From NCBI RefSeq assembly GCF_009914755.1, contig NC_060927.1: 64,000 bases of DNA; one strand, 5' to 3'. The stretch is from the human T2T-CHM13v2.0 reference genome, Homo sapiens. Below the pieces are notes generated by a model that saw nothing but the letters and a program-made list of their open reading frames with translations, made no database searches and was not told the DNA's origin. Shown in pieces: positions 60,733 through 64,000 of this stretch. The position numbers and the translations under genes are program-made. Each line of letters starts with the position of its first letter. Position 1 is the first letter of the stretch.

Positions 60733-61035
60733 GGCTGCGTGCAATGGTTCACGCAGTAATCCCAGCACTTTGGGAGGCCAAGCTGGGTGGATCACCTGAG
60801 GCCAGGAGTTTGAGACCAGCCTGGCCAGCATGGTGAAACCCCGTCTCTACTAAAAATACAAAAATTAGCCAGGTGTGGTGGCATGCACCTGTAATCCCAC
60901 CTACTCAGTAGGCTGAGACAGAAGAATCACTTGAACTCGGTGGGTGGAGGTTGCAATGAGCCAAGATCACACCACTGCACTCCAGCCTGGGTGACACAGC
61001 GAGACTGTGTCTCAAAAAAAAAAAAAAAAAAGAAA
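60733..61035 (+). mobile_element. AluS (Sx/Sz-like)
   Basis: Full dimer. TSD AAGAATATAAACATGTTA (60715-60732) / AAGAATATGAACACATTA (61036-61053). Confidence 0.93.
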
Positions 61036-61434
61036 AAGAATATGAACACATTAAAACATATTAAAAAGAACATTCATTCTCAAAATCTATGCCCACTCTT
61101 ATCTTTGGAATGGACTCAGTGATTTTTCTTATTTTCACTAACTTTGTTTCTTTTGTCAGAAAACTATTGAAGTTCGGTGGGTGGGTCAAGGGAGGTGGTC
61201 ATACTATATTGGTTTCTTTAAAATTTGTTTTCATTGCATAAATAACAACTGGATAACTTTTTCCTGTAAAAAATTAGAACATCATAGATATGACTAAAAT
61301 CTTTGTGTCCAGCACAGCCCCATGCACACCCTGCACTAAACCCGTTTGAACACCTTTTCTCCCCCATCAGAAGTAGCATCCTTTAAGACATTTCCCAATG
61401 TATTTAAATATATATGGCACATTGCAATAACTCT

Positions 61435-61730
61435 TGAGGATGGCAAAAATCATTTGTGATCTAAAGCTTAGTATGCTTGAAAATTAAGAGTTTTACTTAT
61501 GTCTAAAATTTTAAAACCTGGGAAGGATATCTAATTCGGGGGTTGACAGAATTAAGATTCAAAATTATATCTTAACTCCACAGAATAATACCATAAAGTC
61601 AGAAAGATAAAAATTTAGCCATCATAAATATTGAGCCCTGCGTAAAAATACAAGTAACACATAGAGAATTCTGGTTTAACATTAGTTCATATGAAAAAGA
61701 CCTAGAGGTTGGTTATCACAGACTCAAAAC
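61435..61730 (+). mobile_element. CR1/L3 relic
   Basis: GGTTGACAGAATTAAGATTCAAAA...CATATGAAAAAGACCTAGAGGTT resembles the L3 RT 3' region. Confidence 0.45.
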
Positions 61731-63218
61731 ATAATAAAAATCCTAGCACTTTGTAAAGTCAGTAATTCTTATCTTTAAAATAAGATTCCTTTGAAAATAT
61801 CAGGAATTATACCAGAATATCTACTTTTTGAAGGAAAATACTAAATTGTATAAAATTGTAAAATAGAGTGAACTAGTAGTTTTTAAATATGGGACTTATT
61901 TGATGACTTAATATCCTCTTTTTATATATTTTGTCTCTTAATTCAATGCCAATTAAGAGAAAACTCTTTTGCTTCCCTCAGGTCATATCCTCTAGTCTTT
62001 ATTACAGTACAAAGCACTCATTACAGATCATAGGATTTTAGCCTGAAAAGGTGCTATGATGAGTCATTGCAATAGTAATACTTCTCCATTTTGATGTCTT
62101 CTTGAATAAGGATCTTGCCGTGTGGAATTAATGCTGCTCGTTGTAATGCTGATTGTCTAGTAGGCTGACTATATTTTAGTGAAGAATATTCATTCCCAAT
62201 ATTCTTGCTGGAATATCTGAGATTGGGAGCAGGGAATACTATCCATTAGCAGGCATTCTATCCGTTAGACACATGCGTTCCTATGCTAAGTCTCCACCTT
62301 CCTGAAAGATGATTATTTCTTTGAAACTTGTCAAAAGCCATAGGTTTTTATTTAAAAATAAATCCCCAAACAAGAACATTCAGAATTTCTCTATCCACCA
62401 GCCACCTGAAAATACCTCCCTAGGTTTATGGATATTTTCTTTTTGTGATTTTAGACACACAAGTACTGATTACACAGGGTACAAGGAAGTGTAGCTTCTG
62501 AGAGAGAAATTGATTTTTCTTTTCTAACAGAAGATGAAGATCATATTCATTTATCATGACCTTGGCTGATCATAAGACATAGGTGATCATGAATCTTGAC
62601 CACTTGCTATTTTTTATAAAATTAAAGTAACCACTCATATAAACATGGTATTTCAGAAAATGGCATCTTGAGTGAGAAGGAAGAAGTTGAATCAATGACA
62701 CAAATGTATATTTTTAAGAACACCAAACCATGGTTTCATTTTAATTTATCTATCTCTGCCCTGATGTTCCTCATAGCACATGAGAGGGAGATTCAAGGTC
62801 TTGACTCTATTACTGGCTTTATTCAGCAGTGCCAGACCAATAATAGGTGTTTATCTACCAGCGTGTGCTGCTCCTGATAGAGTAGCTTATTGTAATTCTC
62901 CCCTCCAGTTTTCCTTCCCCAAGGAAATACCTACATCTCAGATCTGTCTAATTAACCAATATTTGAAGAATAGAAAATTACGAGCAATCCCTATGCTCAT
63001 CATTGATGGGCTTTAAAAAGCTCGATAAAGTTTCTAGGTACATTTTCTTGTTTACACGATGAAGCAAAATGGATCAAACAAGCAAAGATTTGTGGCAACA
63101 GAGATGGTGCCTTTGTATAATATAACACATACTGTGTATCAAAGAAATATTGTGCCACTTCTTCGAAGCTGACATTGGAACGACATTGTAATCCTGACCA
63201 TCTGTCTTCCTCCTCTAG

Positions 63219-63341
63219 ATGTCGATGAACGTGCAGTGGTGAATGGAGGCTGCCAGCAGCGCTGTATTAACACTCTGGGCACCTTCCACTGTGAATGTGA
63301 TACGGGATAGAGACTGCATGCTGATGAACGCACCTGCATAA
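63219..63341 (+). pseudogene. EGFEM1P: Disabled calcium-binding EGF-like domain exon of a MEGF6-like unitary pseudogene (probably EGFEM1P)
   Basis: Polypyrimidine tract TCTGTCTTCCTCCTCTAG| acceptor (AG 63217-63218) and |GTGAGT donor (63342). The 123-nt phase 1-1 exon translates (D)[39 protein letters not shown], a cbEGF pattern with Cys1 replaced by Arg (CGT 63230-63232) and TAG at 63308-63310. The exon call is strong. The gene name is recall-based. Confidence 0.8.
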
Positions 63342-63733
63342 GTGAGTAAATATTAGAACCAGCTTGAAGCTGTTTTCAATGAAAATCGACCTGCCCATGT
63401 AGAGGCAGGAAGGAAAGGTTGTTCTATTGTGAAAATATCTATAGAAGCTGACAGTTTTGAGTACAATTCTATCCCTTAGGATTTTTTTAAAAAATATATT
63501 TTGCTATTAAAAGACTACCAGACAAAAAGTGGGGAAGGAGATATAGAAATTAACATTCAGAAGCAAACCTTGAATCCCCAAATATGTAAATATTTCTGTA
63601 GCATGTAATTTCTGCCATATACAGTAGAGTACACATTTGTTAGTTGTTGCTTATATACAAGCACAGCACAGAACTACAATAAAGTGAAGATACTGGGCCA
63701 TTATAATTACTAGCAACAATGTCACTCATTTTA

Positions 63734-63792
63734 GACTAGAAAGAACTGGACTCAGAACCCCCTGACTAGAAAGAACTGGACTCAGAACCCCC
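63734..63792. repeat. 30-bp-period tandem duplication
   Basis: GACTAGAAAGAACTGGACTCAGAACCCCC at 63734 and 63764, followed by the partial unit GATTAGAA. Confidence 0.93.
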
Positions 63793-64000
63793 GATTAGAA
63801 TTCAAGCCCCAGCAAAATTATAGCAGATTATATGCCAAATATATTAGGACTGTTCAAGCTCAGTTAAAACTACACATGTGAAATCTGAAATTCTGTATGT
63901 TCATTGTGCATCAAAATTTCTTAATACTATTTGTGGGTAGTAGGATTATTATTTTTTGTGTTTGTATGTTTCTGAATTTTCTAAATTTCTTAAAATGAGC

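Noticed and set aside
61965-62030. Acceptor-like CTTTTGCTTCCCTCAG|G at 61981 as another exon
   Set aside because: No EGF/EMI-like translation or convincing donor follows. Cryptic acceptors are frequent.

Overview
Primate, most likely human, AT-rich and repeat-dense genomic DNA. It is not prokaryotic and has no intact protein-coding gene, RNA gene or CRISPR array. The window reads as the 3' ~63 kb of a very large intron ending at one 123-nt, phase 1-1 exon (63219-63341, +). That exon encodes a calcium-binding EGF domain disabled by loss of its first Cys and by an in-frame TAG. This fits the unitary pseudogene EGFEM1P (3q26.2, MEGF6-like), but the locus name is recalled and not verified. The intron holds a processed RPSA pseudogene, a 5'-inverted (twin-primed) L1PA2/3 insertion, a near full-length Tigger1, solo LTRs (LTR13, MER50-like, MLT1 and others), 12 Alu-family SINEs and many MER/MIR/L2/L3 relics. 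The least explained structures are: a near-perfect 60-bp inverted duplication plus ~150 bp of orphan DNA inside an old L2 (44308-44774); a second fold-back inverted repeat around a TA-rich tract (55357-55590); and a p53-site-like palindrome next to the L1 target site. I found no convincing new multi-gene system. Nearly all ORFs in the track are repeat-derived or chance.
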